From Octopus sinensis (taxonomy: Eukaryota), in assembly GCF_006345805.1 (NCBI RefSeq), contig NC_043002.1:97712001-97776000 (forward strand): a stretch of DNA of 64,000 nucleotides, in the 5' to 3' direction. The notes beneath the pieces were generated by a model. It did not search any database and had not been told where the DNA came from. It saw only the letters and a list, made by a program, of their open reading frames with translations. Shown in pieces: positions 24,747 through 37,729 of the stretch. Position numbers and translations under genes: made by a program. Within the stretch, counting starts at the first letter, position 1. Each line of letters opens with the position of its first letter.

Positions 24747-25470
24747 TACAAAATAAGAAAATGGAGGTATAGCTTCCTTTCAATCATATAAAACCAATTC
24801 ATATAATTTATTAACTAATTAAATAGGAACATTCAAATCCAACAGAATAAAACAATATACATCAATAAGTAAGATAATACCATAAAAATAATGTCCAAAT
24901 CCAACAGAATAAAACAATATACATCAATAAGTAAGATAATACCATAAAAATAATGTCCAAATCCAACAGAATAAAACAATATACATCAATAAGTAAGATA
25001 ATACCATAAAAATAATGTCCAAATCCAACAGAATAAAACAATATACATCAATAAGTAAGATAATACCATAAAAATAATGTCCAAATCCAACAGAATAAAA
25101 CAATATACATCAATAAGTAAGATAATACCATAAAAATAATTCATTATTTTTATGGTATTATCTTACTTATTGATGTATATTCTTTTATTCTGTCGGATTT
25201 GGATGTTCCTATTTAATTAGTTAATAAATTATATGAATTGGTATTATCTGTAAGTTGATGATTGAAAGGAAGCTATTCCTCCATTTTCTTATTTTGTATT
25301 ATGAATTTGAGGTAAAACATTTTACCTTCGCCCATCTAATACAATAAATGAACTAACTGCATTGTAATTGTAAGCATTTATGTATTAGCCTTTTGGGTAC
25401 TTCACTGGCAGTATATTGGATAAATGATATCCCATAGTGGGTTACACTCATGACCTCTATCTCACTTTGT

Positions 25471-25476
<6 letters not shown>
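24747..25476. mobile_element. Fold-back element of the same family, with 5 x 62-bp perfect tandem repeats on the left arm
   Basis: Starts TACAAAATAAGAAAATGGAG like 3387. Period 62 from 24835 to 25140; inversion centre at 25140/25141. Confidence 0.85.
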
Positions 25477-25523
<47 letters not shown>

Positions 25524-25631
25524 GATATTAATAATTGTTCAATTTCTAAATTATGTAAATTAATTTATGTATTGGATTAAGTCTTTCTTTGTTTGATTTG
25601 CATAATAGTGGTTTTGTCTCTAATTTGTATA

Positions 25632-25667
<36 letters not shown>

Positions 25668-26256
25668 TTTGGTGTCCTCTCTGGTTTTGTTTCCTTGCCT
25701 CCCCACCCATTTCTTTCCGAAGTGAACTTTTTATGTGAAGGCTTAACAGTATGGTTATTCCCCCCTCCCACTCTCTCTCAACCCTGTAAAATGGATTAAA
25801 GCCACATTGCTGGATTACAGATCATAATCCTTCTAATTGCTTTACTCCAATGATTATTTCCTTTCCATACATTTCGAACTTTCTTCAGTTTTTAGGATTC
25901 AGATTACTCTCTCAAATATATTGCTTATCTATTCATATCGTTCTGAATTAATCATACATTATCTCATAGCTTCAAGATTTCAATGAAGCAAAGCGGACGG
26001 ATAAGAGTATATTATATAATGTGTATGTTTGTATGTGTTTCAAAAATCAAACAGAAGTGCAATACAAGAACCAACCCCACCTCCAAAAAAAACCAAAATA
26101 TGGACAAGCTCATTCCTGGTCATCGTCCAAAAATGAAATCCTTACAATTTCACGCCTTTAACAATAATATTGACCTATAGGCGCAGGAGTGGCTGTGTGG
26201 TAAGTAGCTTGTTTACCAACCACATGGTTCCAGGTTCAGTCCCACTGCGTGGCACC

Positions 26257-26603
26257 GGTTGATCCGATCAACGGAACAGCCTGCTCGTGAAATTAACGTG
26301 TAAGTGGCTGAGCACTCCACAGACACGTGTACCCTTAACGCAGTTCTCAGGGATATTCAGCGTGACACAGAGGGTGACAAGGCTGGCCCTTTTGAAATAC
26401 AGGTACAACAGAAACAGAAAGTAAGAGTGAGAGAAAGTTGTGGTGAAAGAGTACAGCAGGGATCACCACTATCCCTGCCGGAGCCTCGTGGAGCTTTAGG
26501 TGTTTTCGCTCAATAAACACTCACAACGCCCGGTCTGGGAATTGAAACCGCGATCCTACGACCGCGAGTCCGCTGCCCTAACCACTGGGCCGTTGCGCCT
26601 CCA
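26257..26603 (-). mobile_element. SINE family C, fused to a family A head (26180-26257)
   Basis: Junction GCGTGGCA-CC-GGTTGATCC with CC microhomology. Confidence 0.85.
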
Positions 26604-27833
26604 CGACATCCCCATGAATAAGCAATTCAGCAAAAGAGAATAAGTACCAGACTAACAAAAAATTGTTGATTTATTTGACTAAACCCTTCAAGGATGGGCC
26701 CCAGCATGGCTGCAGTCCAATGATTCAAACAAGCATATGATTAAAGGTAAAGTACTGAAATATAAATCTCTTCGAAAGATTTAGAAATAATAATGCTTCT
26801 ATTTACCGAATTATGTTTGTCACTCACGGAGTGGTTGGCGTTAGGAAGGGCATCCAGCTGTAGAAACACTGCCAGATCAGACTGGAGCCTGGTGCAGCCC
26901 CTGGCTTCCCAGACGCCGGTCAAACCGTCCAACCCGTGCTAGCGTGGAAAATAGACGTTAAACGATGATGATTTTGTAATGTTTTAAGTATGTGAATGGA
27001 AAATGTTAGGGAGATTAGCAGACCATAGAAGCAGATCAAGCAGTTAAAGATATGAGCCACAAAGGGAAGGAAAGATACAATGGATATCAAAGACACAGTA
27101 TTGATGACATGCAGTAGTGTTGGGTGTCATGTACAAGTATTTTGCATTCATGTGGAAAGAGTGTAAACTGTACTAACAGCAGATGGAGGGGAAGGAAAAG
27201 GTAAGAATGGTTTATGGTTGGGTAGCAACAAGTCTGATATGGGCTTGTAAGCAACGAAAGGTCAGAGTGTCAGCTGTAGATAATAAATAAACAGGGTGAC
27301 TGAAATTGTTGACAGTGAAATCTGTGAAATCGTTTCGCTCTTGGGCAAGTATTAGACGACCTATTTCTCCAGCAATGAGCTGCTTGAGGTATGCTTTACC
27401 ATCAAGCTGGGTGCACTACCAAAAAAGGTTCAAGGTAATTTTTCAGTAAGGCATACTATTCAGTGATTTCTGTGGGCCACAGTTTGTCCATTACTGCTCT
27501 TTGGTTATCTCTACACGAGCAGACCTATGCTCAAATCTGTCTTTACCGTGGCTGTCCTGTCTTTGTATATCAGAAACTAAGATGAATAGGGTGTGATTAA
27601 GAGATTCGGTCTGGAGGAGATTTGGTTGCTATTTTTAGCAGGTTGGACCACTGTGTAGTGTCACTTTAGTGTTTGCCCTCAGTGTATTTTTTCACCAGAT
27701 TGCTCCCTTCTCCTCTAACCTGCTTAATTTTGCCATACTTGGTTATTTTCCTCCATTATTACATTCTATCGCTTCTTGGCTCCCCTTTGTTGAGCTTATA
27801 TAGTGTAAAATTCCAAGATTTGAGTCTGCTAGT

Positions 27834-28150
27834 AGGTGCAGGAGTCACTGTGTGCTAAGAAGTTTGCTTCTTAACCACATGGTTCCGGGTTCAGTCCCAC
27901 TGCATGGCACCTTTGGTAAGTATCTTCTACTATTGCCCCGGACCGACCAAAGCCTTGTGAGTGGATTTGGTAGACGGAAATTTAAAGAAGTCCATTCCGT
28001 TCCATTCCAAGCCATCCATCCATCCATCCGTGTGTGTGTGTGTACGTGTGTCTGCCCCCATCCCACTTACCAGCCATTGTTGGTGTGTTTATACCTTCGT
28101 AACATTAGCGGTTCGGCAAAAGAGGCCAATTGAATAAGTACCAAGCTGTA
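27834..28150 (+). mobile_element. SINE family A (3'-truncated, fused to the hammerhead tail)
   Basis: Head and body present; joins TACTGAAATGAGAACCCAGG at 28165. Confidence 0.8.
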
Positions 28151-28201
28151 CAAAAAAAAAAAAATACTGAAATGAGAACCCAGGTTCGAAATTTCCCCAA
28201 G

Positions 28202-28245
28202 ACACCTGATGAAGGCTGGAGGATATATCAGTCGAAATGTTGTAA
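28202..28245 (+). ncRNA. Minimal type I hammerhead motif (partly decayed)
   Basis: ACAC-CUGAUGA-A-GGCUG..CAGUC-GAAA-UG-UU-GU; stem I is reduced to 2 bp. Confidence 0.6.
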
Positions 28246-28283
28246 TTACAACAAACAAGATGGGGACAAATATCCGTCAAATA

Positions 28284-28714
28284 CTCTTACTCTCTTTTAC
28301 TTGTTTCAGTCATTTGACTGCGGCTATGCTGGAGCACCGCCTTTAGTCGAACAAATCGACCCCGGGACTTATTCTTTGTAAGCCCAGTACTTATTCTATC
28401 GATCTCTTTTGCCGAACTGCTAAGTGACGGAGACATAAACACACCAGCATCGGTTGTTAAGCAATGCTAGGGGGACAAACACAGACACACAAACACACAT
28501 ATATATATTTATACATATATATATATATACATATATATATATACATATATACGACAGGCTTCTTTCAGTTTCCGTCAACCAAATCCACTCACAAGGCATT
28601 GGTCGGCCCGGGGCTATAGCAGAAGACACTTGCCCAAGATGCCACGCAGTGGGACTGAACCCGGAACCATGTGGTTGGTTAGCAAGCTACTTACCACACA
28701 GCCACTCCTACGCC
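28284..28714 (-). mobile_element. SINE family A
   Basis: Full-length copy. Confidence 0.9.
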
Positions 28715-28834
28715 TGTAAATAATGTAAACTTTTTATTTGGTCATATCACCATGGCGATTGGACTAAAGGCTGAGAAGGGAGTGAGGGGGAATGTGCGCG
28801 TGTGTGTGTGTTTATGTGAGGTGAAGGAGGATAT

Positions 28835-28873
<39 letters not shown>

Positions 28874-29950
28874 CTATCTACATATCATTCAACTACGGTA
28901 GTAGTTGAATAATATTCTGACTGGAGGTTTTTTTTTTGTTGCAGTCGGCGTCTTCCAAGCAGTTTCATTAATTCAGTTTTAATCGAAATCAAATTTAGTT
29001 TGTTGAATTATGTTTGACTAGTGATAAGCTACATTTACACATAACATACTTTAAATCTGGTGCAGTAGAACAAAAGTTAGGAGAAAAAATGTATAGACCA
29101 AACTAGGTGACTGACGGTTAGTAACGTCCTACATGGACACTTTGAATTCACATCATTCTTTTAATATTAAGAATTATTATATTGATATTAGTATGAAAGA
29201 GAAATGTCAAAGGAATATATTGGTAAAGGCTTCGTAAAAATTTTTATCCATTAGAAAAAAAGATATTTTATTTTAATTCTCAAACTTTTATCAATTGTGA
29301 CGTGATATTAAAGGGACACTACTCAGGCATAATTACAGATTTTGGATGATCATAACTTTCAGAAAAATGGATATTTTTAAATGAAATGTCCTATGAATAT
29401 GTGTTATATCATGTAGATTCCAAATATACAATTTTTTTTTTTGGGGGGGGGGTTAGAAGGGGGTGTGATGGGGAATTTCTGAAAATTCACTGGAGTTCAC
29501 TTCAATTCGTCCTAACTTTCAAGAAAATGGATATTTTTTAACGAAAACTTCTACAAATATACTTCGGACTATGTAGATACCGAGGACATGGGAATTTTGG
29601 GGGAAAACAATTGGGGGTTATTTTTGAGAACTGTTCCCTAATCGGGAGTGTTTCGGAACAAGTCGTCCATATTTGTTTCATTTTCTCTGTTTTGTGCGTT
29701 TGTGCATCCGTAGTTTATGCAAATGAAGCCCTCACCAGAAAACTCGTTATGCTAAAAATAACAGCTAAAGGTCTGGTACACAGAAATATGTTATTAAGAC
29801 GACTTATCTGTTGTATATGATTTTTTTTATTATTACTTTAAGTAAATTCCCAGTTAAACGTTTGTAATAGACAGGCGGATGACACCAGAACAAAAATAGG
29901 GAATATACACGCACAGTTAAATATAGAAGTGTAAAGTATGATTTGTTACA

Positions 29951-30514
29951 TCTATATATATAAAACTGTAGTTGTGTGAGTGTCTGTCCCCTTCGATTTA
30001 GATTCCTAACTACTCCCACATTTTGTGGTGCAGTTTAACCAAATTCGGGTATCTTATAGTCGTGATTCATATCGAGCCCGTCTGGGTATTAGCGCGCGTC
30101 TACGATGAGTCTACGATTTTAAAAATAATTTAACATCATTTTTTATTCCATTTTAATGCATATTTTTTCGTGTGTCGATGGCGGCGGAGTTGGCGTCCAT
30201 GGTCACACCTGCACCTGTGTTGATTCTCCCCCTTCTTCCCTCCCTCGTGAAGCTGTGGGGAAGGGAGTGTAAGGAAATCTACGTCGTAAAGCGTTGTCAA
30301 GGAGACCAGCGTTCTTTTAGAACAACGACTTCATGGCTTGAAGACACCAAAACAGAAAATGTCTACGATGAGTCAACGATTTAAAGAAAAATTTACTATA
30401 ATTTTTTTTCCATTTTTAATGCATTTTTTTGCTATTTTTTGGCTATAACTCTCTAAAAATGCTTATATAGTTATTTCCCTTACAAACCCGAGCAACGCCG
30501 GGCGATACTGCTAG
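29951..30514 (+). mobile_element. Non-autonomous Helitron (same family)
   Basis: A|TCTATATATA start; ...CCCGAGCAACGCCGGGCGATACTGCTAG|T end. Confidence 0.88.
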
Positions 30515-30805
30515 TAATCTCTATAATAAACATGGGATCTAGTTTCCTTCATTCGCAAATTATGCATTTTTTTAAAAGACATCAAAAAATCGGTTATAAT
30601 GATGAAGCTTTCCATTTCAATTACTATGAAGGTATGATGTTGTGGAGAAAAAATTGGAGGAAAAAGAGGTTTAAAAATCGAAAAAACTGTGTATTTATTG
30701 GCAATAGCGAGACAAATTTCCTGCGTTTAGCGGAACGGTATCAACTATAAGGTGGTACCCTGTGAAGTTTATAGTTTAGCATCTGTGAAATGATCTTTTT
30801 ATTGT

Positions 30806-31194
30806 GGATGGGAAGCACTCCGTCGGTTACGACGACGAGGGTTCCGGTTGATCTGAATCAACGGAACAGCCTGCTCGTGAAATTAACGTGTAAGTGGCTG
30901 AGCACTCCATAGACACGTGCACCCTTAACGTAGTTCTCGGGGATATTCAGCGTGACACAGAGAGTGACAAGGCCGGCCCTTTGAAATACAGGTACAACAG
31001 AAACAGGAAGTAAGAGTGAGAGAAAGTTGTGGTGAAAGAGTACAGCAGGGATCACCACCATCCCCTGCCGGAGCCTCGTGGAGCTTTAGGTTTTTTCGCT
31101 CAATAAACACTCACAATGCCCGGTCTGGGAATCGAAACCACGATCCTATGACCGCGAGTCCGCTGCCCTAACCACTGGGCCATTGCACCTCCAC
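30806..31194 (-). mobile_element. SINE family C
   Basis: Full-length copy. Confidence 0.88.
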
Positions 31195-32269
31195 TCTTTT
31201 CATTGTAGGTTTCTAAATAAACAGAAATACCTAATAAAATCAACATAATAATAATAATGAAATTATTGTATACAGTGCTAAGGTGCACCACAACTTGTCA
31301 AAAAGTGCGCATAAAGTACATGCAGTAATGTACAAATGTCTGGAAAGCGAACAGTGTATGAGTCAGATACATGCTTGCGTGTGTATGGAGGGGAGAAAAT
31401 CAGGTGTAGTGTTGGCAAATCTCAGGAAGCATGGAAGTTTTGAAGGATGCAGCGCTCCGACAACTAATAACTGATGCCGGCAGTCTGTTCCATGCTTCAG
31501 CAACTCTTAACGTGAAAAAATGTTTCCGAAAATCATGGGAGCTGAGCTGTTTTCTGACTTTGTAGTATCATCTTACTGTTTCTTTTGTCTCTTCATTGAT
31601 TGTGTGTTTTTCTTGTGTGGTCTTTCAGTTTTTCTAAGCCCTGTAAAGGAACTTGGAAGGTTTGGCCTCTAGCCAGGTCTTTCATGTTACTTTTAAAGCA
31701 AAAAAACTTTTCAGCACCCCCTTGTACATGCCTTTCCCATACACATCCTTATTTCTTTTTCCAAGTAAAAGGATAACACTTGTCCTCAAAAATGGGAAGT
31801 TGCTGATGACACTGACTTCAGAAGTGTAAACAAATGTGTGAAAGTACAACATACCACACTGGTAGAAGGAAACTAAAACAACTGAATGATAGCCAGAGAT
31901 GCTAAGTGGAAGTCAACTGTATTGAGAGGCTTTTTACTGGAGGTCACATTCTAGAACATTTCAGAAAACCTGTCCATGCTATCATTTCATGCTGATTGGA
32001 CCAATCATATGAAACTAGTGTGGGTTGCTCGTGATGTCTGACCACATGTTCAGGGATTCATCTTTGAATCCCTGCTACAATAGCATGTATTACTGTTGCT
32101 GGTGCTGTTGCTGTTGCTGTTGAGCAAACGGTCTTCGTCCCAGAGCTCGCAAGATCGCGCGTCAGGATTTTGTCTGTAGTGGGAGAAGTCCGAAACGTGG
32201 TCCTTTGCTATTTGTCAGACCCGCAGAAGAGAAAGCAGGTCAACCTCCGACACCGAGAGCATCGATGGA

Positions 32270-32502
32270 TGGATGAGTGCACACCCAGGCGTAGGAAGTC
32301 GGGGAAAGAAACAGGAAGAAAGAGGGAGAGAAAGTTGGAGCGAAAGAGTACAACAGGGGTCACCACCACCCCCTGCCGGAGTCTCGTGGAGCTCTAGGTG
32401 TTTTCGCTCAATAAACACACGCAACGCCCGGTCTGGGAATCGAAACCGCGAGCCTCCGGCTGCGAGTTCGCTGCCCTAACCACTGAGCCATTGCGCCTCC
32501 AC
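32270..32502 (-). mobile_element. SINE family C-related head/body variant
   Basis: Same head, divergent 3' part. Confidence 0.7.
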
Positions 32503-32807
32503 ACTGTTGCTGGTGGTGGTTGAGTTGATGTTGGTGATAGAAACCCACACATACCTTAATGATAGACTCTCCTGTTGAAGGCGACATATGAGTGTTCAGC
32601 TTTTGCTGAACAACCTGCTCAAATGATTTGTTTATAGTGATCAAATGCTTGTATCACACATAACCTCACTATCTCCCTCAAATTGACGTCATCAGAACAG
32701 GTGCCTTATGTACCACACGTCGAAGTGAGATGAAGTGTTTTGCTCAAGAACACAATGCACCACCTAGTCTGGGAATTACTATAACATGCACCCTAAATAC
32801 ATATATG

Positions 32808-33030
32808 TATGAGAAGGTACTTAAAAGTTCCGGTTTTGAGTAAAAAAAAACACAGGAGGATCAGTTAATTATGATCTTATTCAACATATTCTCCTCTCAA
32901 ATTCACACTTATTGCAGCAGTCCTTCAGTTTTTCTAAGCTCTGTGAAAGAACTTGGAAGGTTGGGCTTTCAACCAGGACCAGGCCTTTCATGATACCCTT
33001 AAAGCCAGGAGCTTTTCAGCATTCCCTTAT
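32808..33030. mobile_element. Mariner/Tc1-type MITE
   Basis: Same internal sequence as 1050-1690 without the Helitron; another 3' half lies at ~31600-31720. Confidence 0.6.
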
Positions 33031-34313
33031 TCGTTATATTTCACTTTCCTTCCGTTAAATGTATGTTACTTCTAGTTGGAAACATCTTTTTCTGTGGCTA
33101 TACTATCGGGGCTATTTTTAGCACTAGAGTTATCCACATAGTGGTTAACTCTCTAATAATTTATATATATATATATATATATATGGCTGTGTGGTTAGGG
33201 AGCTTGCTTTCTAACTACATGGTTTCGGGTTCAGTTCCACTGCGTGGCACTCTGGGTAGGTGTCTTCCGCTATAGCCCTGAGCCGACCGGAGCTTTGTGA
33301 TTGAATTCGGTAGGCGGGAGTTACTGCCGTGTGTGTATGTGTGCGTATAGCTGCTCAGTGCCTCTCCGAAAGAGAGAGAGAGATATATTCACATTATGTA
33401 TATTATATATACATGTGTGTGTGTGTGCAGGTATGAATATAATGTGATAACTTTTCAAATCATTTATTATAAACTTTGATCTTAAATAAATTACAAATGA
33501 CAGATGAGCTAGGACGAAAGTTTAGTTCTATATTGTTGATTTAAAACTATGCAATATAAGTTTCTGTAAGAGCGAAATTACAAACTGTATCCTGAAGTTA
33601 ATGGCCATACTTAAGATTGTCTGTAAACCTCAAATCCTCTAAGCTGCATAGGATACTTGCACATACGCCAGCATAGAAGACAGATGTTAAATGATGATGA
33701 TGATAAAACACACACACACACACATTCATTCTGAGTTCAAATCCTGCCAAGACCAACATTACCTTTCATCCTATAACAGAAGACACTTGCCCAAGGTATC
33801 ACACACTGCGACTGAACCTGAAAGCAAGCTTGTTACCACATAACCCTGAAATGATTAAATGTAACACTTTTTAATGGTAATATGCATTCTGTAAACTACT
33901 GACAACTCATTCACAGAAATAGGTTATTGTAATATTAACTTATCATAAAATGATAATTTGGTTCATTAAATATGTGCATACCTCAGTGCAGTTGACCTCT
34001 AGAAGCATAGCTAATTCAGAGGAGGCCGGTTGCTGAATAAATTAATCTAAATAATGTAATTTGTTTTCCTTTTCTTTTTGTGTAATAACTAACATTTAAG
34101 CATTACTTTTGTGCAGTCGCCATGATTGATCGTTAGTTACTACACACATTTTTTTCTCTCCTTGTTTTTTCTGTGTCCCTTTCCGTAGAAGAGTGTAGGC
34201 TCGAAACATAAAAGACTTTTTCTATTCCCGAGCCTTATACTAATACATCTGTTTGTTTTGTACACCACCTGTCTTCGTCTTTTGTTTTTTTTTGTAAACT
34301 CTCCCTATATATA

Positions 34314-34351
<38 letters not shown>

Positions 34352-34534
34352 ATAAATATTAGGGAATAAATCCAAATTTACAGGGAAAAATCAGATTTAG
34401 GATTGAATCCAATTTTATAGTAAAATATAATATAATATTAATTAGAGACAAAACCACTATTATGCAAATCAAACAAAGAAAGACTTAATCCAATGCATAA
34501 AAAATTTTATATAAATTAAATATAATTAAGATAT

Positions 34535-34580
34535 CCACTACGATCGTTTCTTGTCACTTCTATGGACATTCATCAGGTGG
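34535..34580 (-). ncRNA. Minimal type I hammerhead motif, left arm of inverted repeat
   Basis: Exact reverse complement of 34616-34661. Confidence 0.75.
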
Positions 34581-34615
34581 TTTCTAGACCTTCTATGCAA
34601 TTTTGAACTATGAAA

Positions 34616-34661
34616 CCACCTGATGAATGTCCATAGAAGTGACAAGAAACGATCGTAGTGG
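34616..34661 (+). ncRNA. Minimal type I hammerhead motif, right arm of inverted repeat
   Basis: CCAC-CUGAUGA-A-UGUC-CAUAGAAGU-GACA-A-GAAA-CGAUCG-UA-GUGG; palindromic stem III ACGAUCGU, GUA site. Confidence 0.75.
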
Positions 34662-34766
34662 ATATCTTAATTATATTTAATTTATATAAAATTTTTTATG
34701 TATTGGATTAAGTCTTTCTTTGTTTGATTTGCATAATAGTGGTTTTGTCTCTAATTAATATTATAT

Positions 34767-34800
<34 letters not shown>

Positions 34801-35898
34801 ATATATATATATGTGTGTATGCATATATGGGTACAGGACATCACAACTATGCAAACAACATGAAATACATAAAAACAGGACAAGTAAACAGCATATTTGG
34901 GTGGAGGATAAGATGTGTACTGCCAACAAAACATATTTTCTATGGACAACACAAACTGCTCATTAGGTACAAAAGTAGTAATTGCTTTTTAATCATTAAC
35001 TGTACATTTTTTTCTAAATGTTGATACAAAATGAATTAGAATTGAAATTTTGAGCATAACATATTTCCATTTTATCACCTTGACAACTGTAGATCATATA
35101 TTTGCTGTTTGTAAGTATAAACTTTGAAAGTACTATTGTTTTTGAATAGGCATAGGTGTGACTGTGTGGTTGAAAAGCTTGCTTTCCACCCATGTAGTCT
35201 TGAGTTCAATCCCACTGTGCAGTACCTTGAGCAAATGTCTTCTGTTACAGACTCAAGACAACCAAAGTTTTGCAAGTGAATTTGGTGGATGGAAACTGAA
35301 AGAAGCCTGTTGTCATCATCATCATTTAGCATCTGCTTTCCATGTTGGCATGGGTTAGATGATTTGACTGAAACTGGTAAGCTGGAAGGCTGCACCAGTT
35401 CCAATCTGATTTGGTATATTTTCAATGGCTGGATGCCCTTCCTAATGCCAACCACTCCAAAAGTGTAATGGGTGCTTTTTTTCATGCCAGTTATGTGACA
35501 CCAGTATCTGCCATGACTACAATTTCACTTGGCTTCACGGATCTTCTCAAACATGACATATCAGCAAAAGTCTTGGTCAAAGGTCGGTTGTATGTATGTA
35601 TGTATGTATATGTGCGTGTGTGCCCATGCCTTTGTCTTGACATCACTCGACGGTTATAAATGAGCATTACCAACATACAAGTGATGTTTGGTTCCAGTCC
35701 TCTGTGAAAAATATGTCTGGCTATGGGGAAATATTAGCTTGCTTGGAAACAGGTGAGGGCTTGTAACAGGAAGGGCCTGTCATAGAAATGTTGCCTCAGC
35801 AAATTTCGTCCTGACCCATGCAAGCATGAAAAAGTGGACATTAAATGATGATGATGATGGAAGTTTTTTGCAAATAGCTGGTGAGTTTAGAGAAACAC

Positions 35899-35964
<66 letters not shown>

Positions 35965-37455
35965 TGTGTCTCATGATTTTCATGTATGATTCAGCAAAAT
36001 CAGACCAGCTTAAAATAGGTACCATATTCATGTCGTATGAGGATGTTAAGTACATCTTTGTGTGCAGCTGATCACTAACCTATGAGTCATACAGGAAGGG
36101 CTATATATACATACATATATATATATATATCTATTAAATATTCTGAAATTGAAGTGTTTTTTTTTTTAAAACCATTCAGAAACATTTAAACAGTAGTTTT
36201 GTGTTGAACATAATTAGATGTATAATAAATTGTTTGTTTTCAAAGGGTTTTCCCATAAATATAATCAGGTCTATAACAGATGATTTATTTCCAAAGATAA
36301 CTGATAAAAAGAAACAAAACAATATATCTCCAATTGTTTCACTGATCTGTTTCAGCTTTTGTTACTACACATTCAAATTATTTAAATTTTTGGAGCCTTT
36401 AGGGGACCCTCAACATTTTCTGGGTTGAACTGTCAGCATTCTATTATATACATTTGACGGACATTCTGTCACCCCAACATGGCGTCATTGTTCAAGCTGG
36501 CTACAAAGGTAGTGGTTTGGTGGTCTGATCTTAACTGGCTTGAAATGCTTCTGCAATTCCTTGAACTCTATTACAAGTTGCCAACACTGACCACACTTTC
36601 TCACAGCCAAGTCATAGACCTAAGACCTGTAGGTCCTGTGGAAACGGTTGCCCATATCAGTGGCCAGAGTTGAAATGACTCCTGATAGCCAGGCACAACT
36701 TAGGTTAGTTGATCTCTGATTCAATTGTTTGATCAGCTGAATTTTCATTTACTTCTGAAGTAATGTATATTGGCTGAATATTCCACAGATATGTGTAACC
36801 ATTAATGTAATTCTTGAGTAGAATCAATATGACACAGCTGGATCTTTGGAATTGCAAGTACAATCCATCTGATAAGCTTCTTTTCAGTTTCCATCCATCC
36901 AATTTCAGTCACAGATGGGTTTCTATCCATTCAATTTCTCTCAAGTTCCATCCATCATTTCACTCAGTTTCATCTATCCAATTTCACTCAAGGTAATAGA
37001 AAATGAAATTTGGCCCAGAGGTCATACAGTGAGATTGAAACTGAGACTTCTTGGTTGCAAAACAAACTTCTTAATCATTTGATCATGTATATTTGCATAC
37101 TTGCGTCACTTTTGAAACAAAACTGAAATAGCTAGTCTGAAGTATATATATGGATAGTATATAAATTTGCTGCTGATTTGTGATCACACCACATAAGAAG
37201 AATAAATTCAAATTGAATAATAGAAGCAGTTCTATAATGTAAATATTATCAATATGGCATATTTAATGTATGCATGTTGTTTAACTGCCAGAATCTGTGG
37301 TAATTTGTCTGGGAAAAATTCCTTAAAAACACAATGCTAGAAAGCATATTATGTATATTTAATATAAAAATCTGAATGAAGTTCAATAAATTTTAAATAT
37401 TTGAACTAGCATGTAAAAATCCAAGTTTAAAACATATAAATATAAATTAGTTAAA

Positions 37456-37729
37456 TTATTTTGAATTTTCTAATAAAGAAAGAATTTCATCATAAATAGG
37501 CACTTTTTTTTTGTTTCCATTATCCGGAATTGATTTTAGAAATTCAATATAGTCATTTGGTATACCGCTAGCTAAAGCTCCTCGTACAATAATATCCTTA
37601 TACTGGGGGGATGGATCTCCAAAGTCTCTTCCCAGCAACTGATATGTACGACAATCATATGTCACATCATTCATACTCTTAACTCTGACTTCAATTGGAC
37701 GATATATATTTTGATCAACTCCTTCTTGT
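37456..37729 (-). CDS. GGCT: GGCT last coding exon (QEGVDQNIYRPIEV...PSPQYKDIIVRGA...LLENSK*)
   Basis: TTTCAG acceptor in phase 2, 274 nt to TAA. The catalytic Glu in QEGV and the PSPQYK motif are present. The three exons join to 513 nt = 170 aa + stop. Confidence 0.9.

Larger units (their letters stand above)
34350..34765. mobile_element. Fold-back element (~150-bp arms + tail) carrying two hammerheads
   Basis: Arms ~34434-34584 and 34612-34765, TA-flanked. Related pieces at 25540-25630 and 41984-42344. Confidence 0.85.

Noticed and set aside
27000-27500. Possible decayed LINE coding fragment
   Set aside because: Purine-rich and coding-like, but I could not recover a diagnostic motif in any frame.
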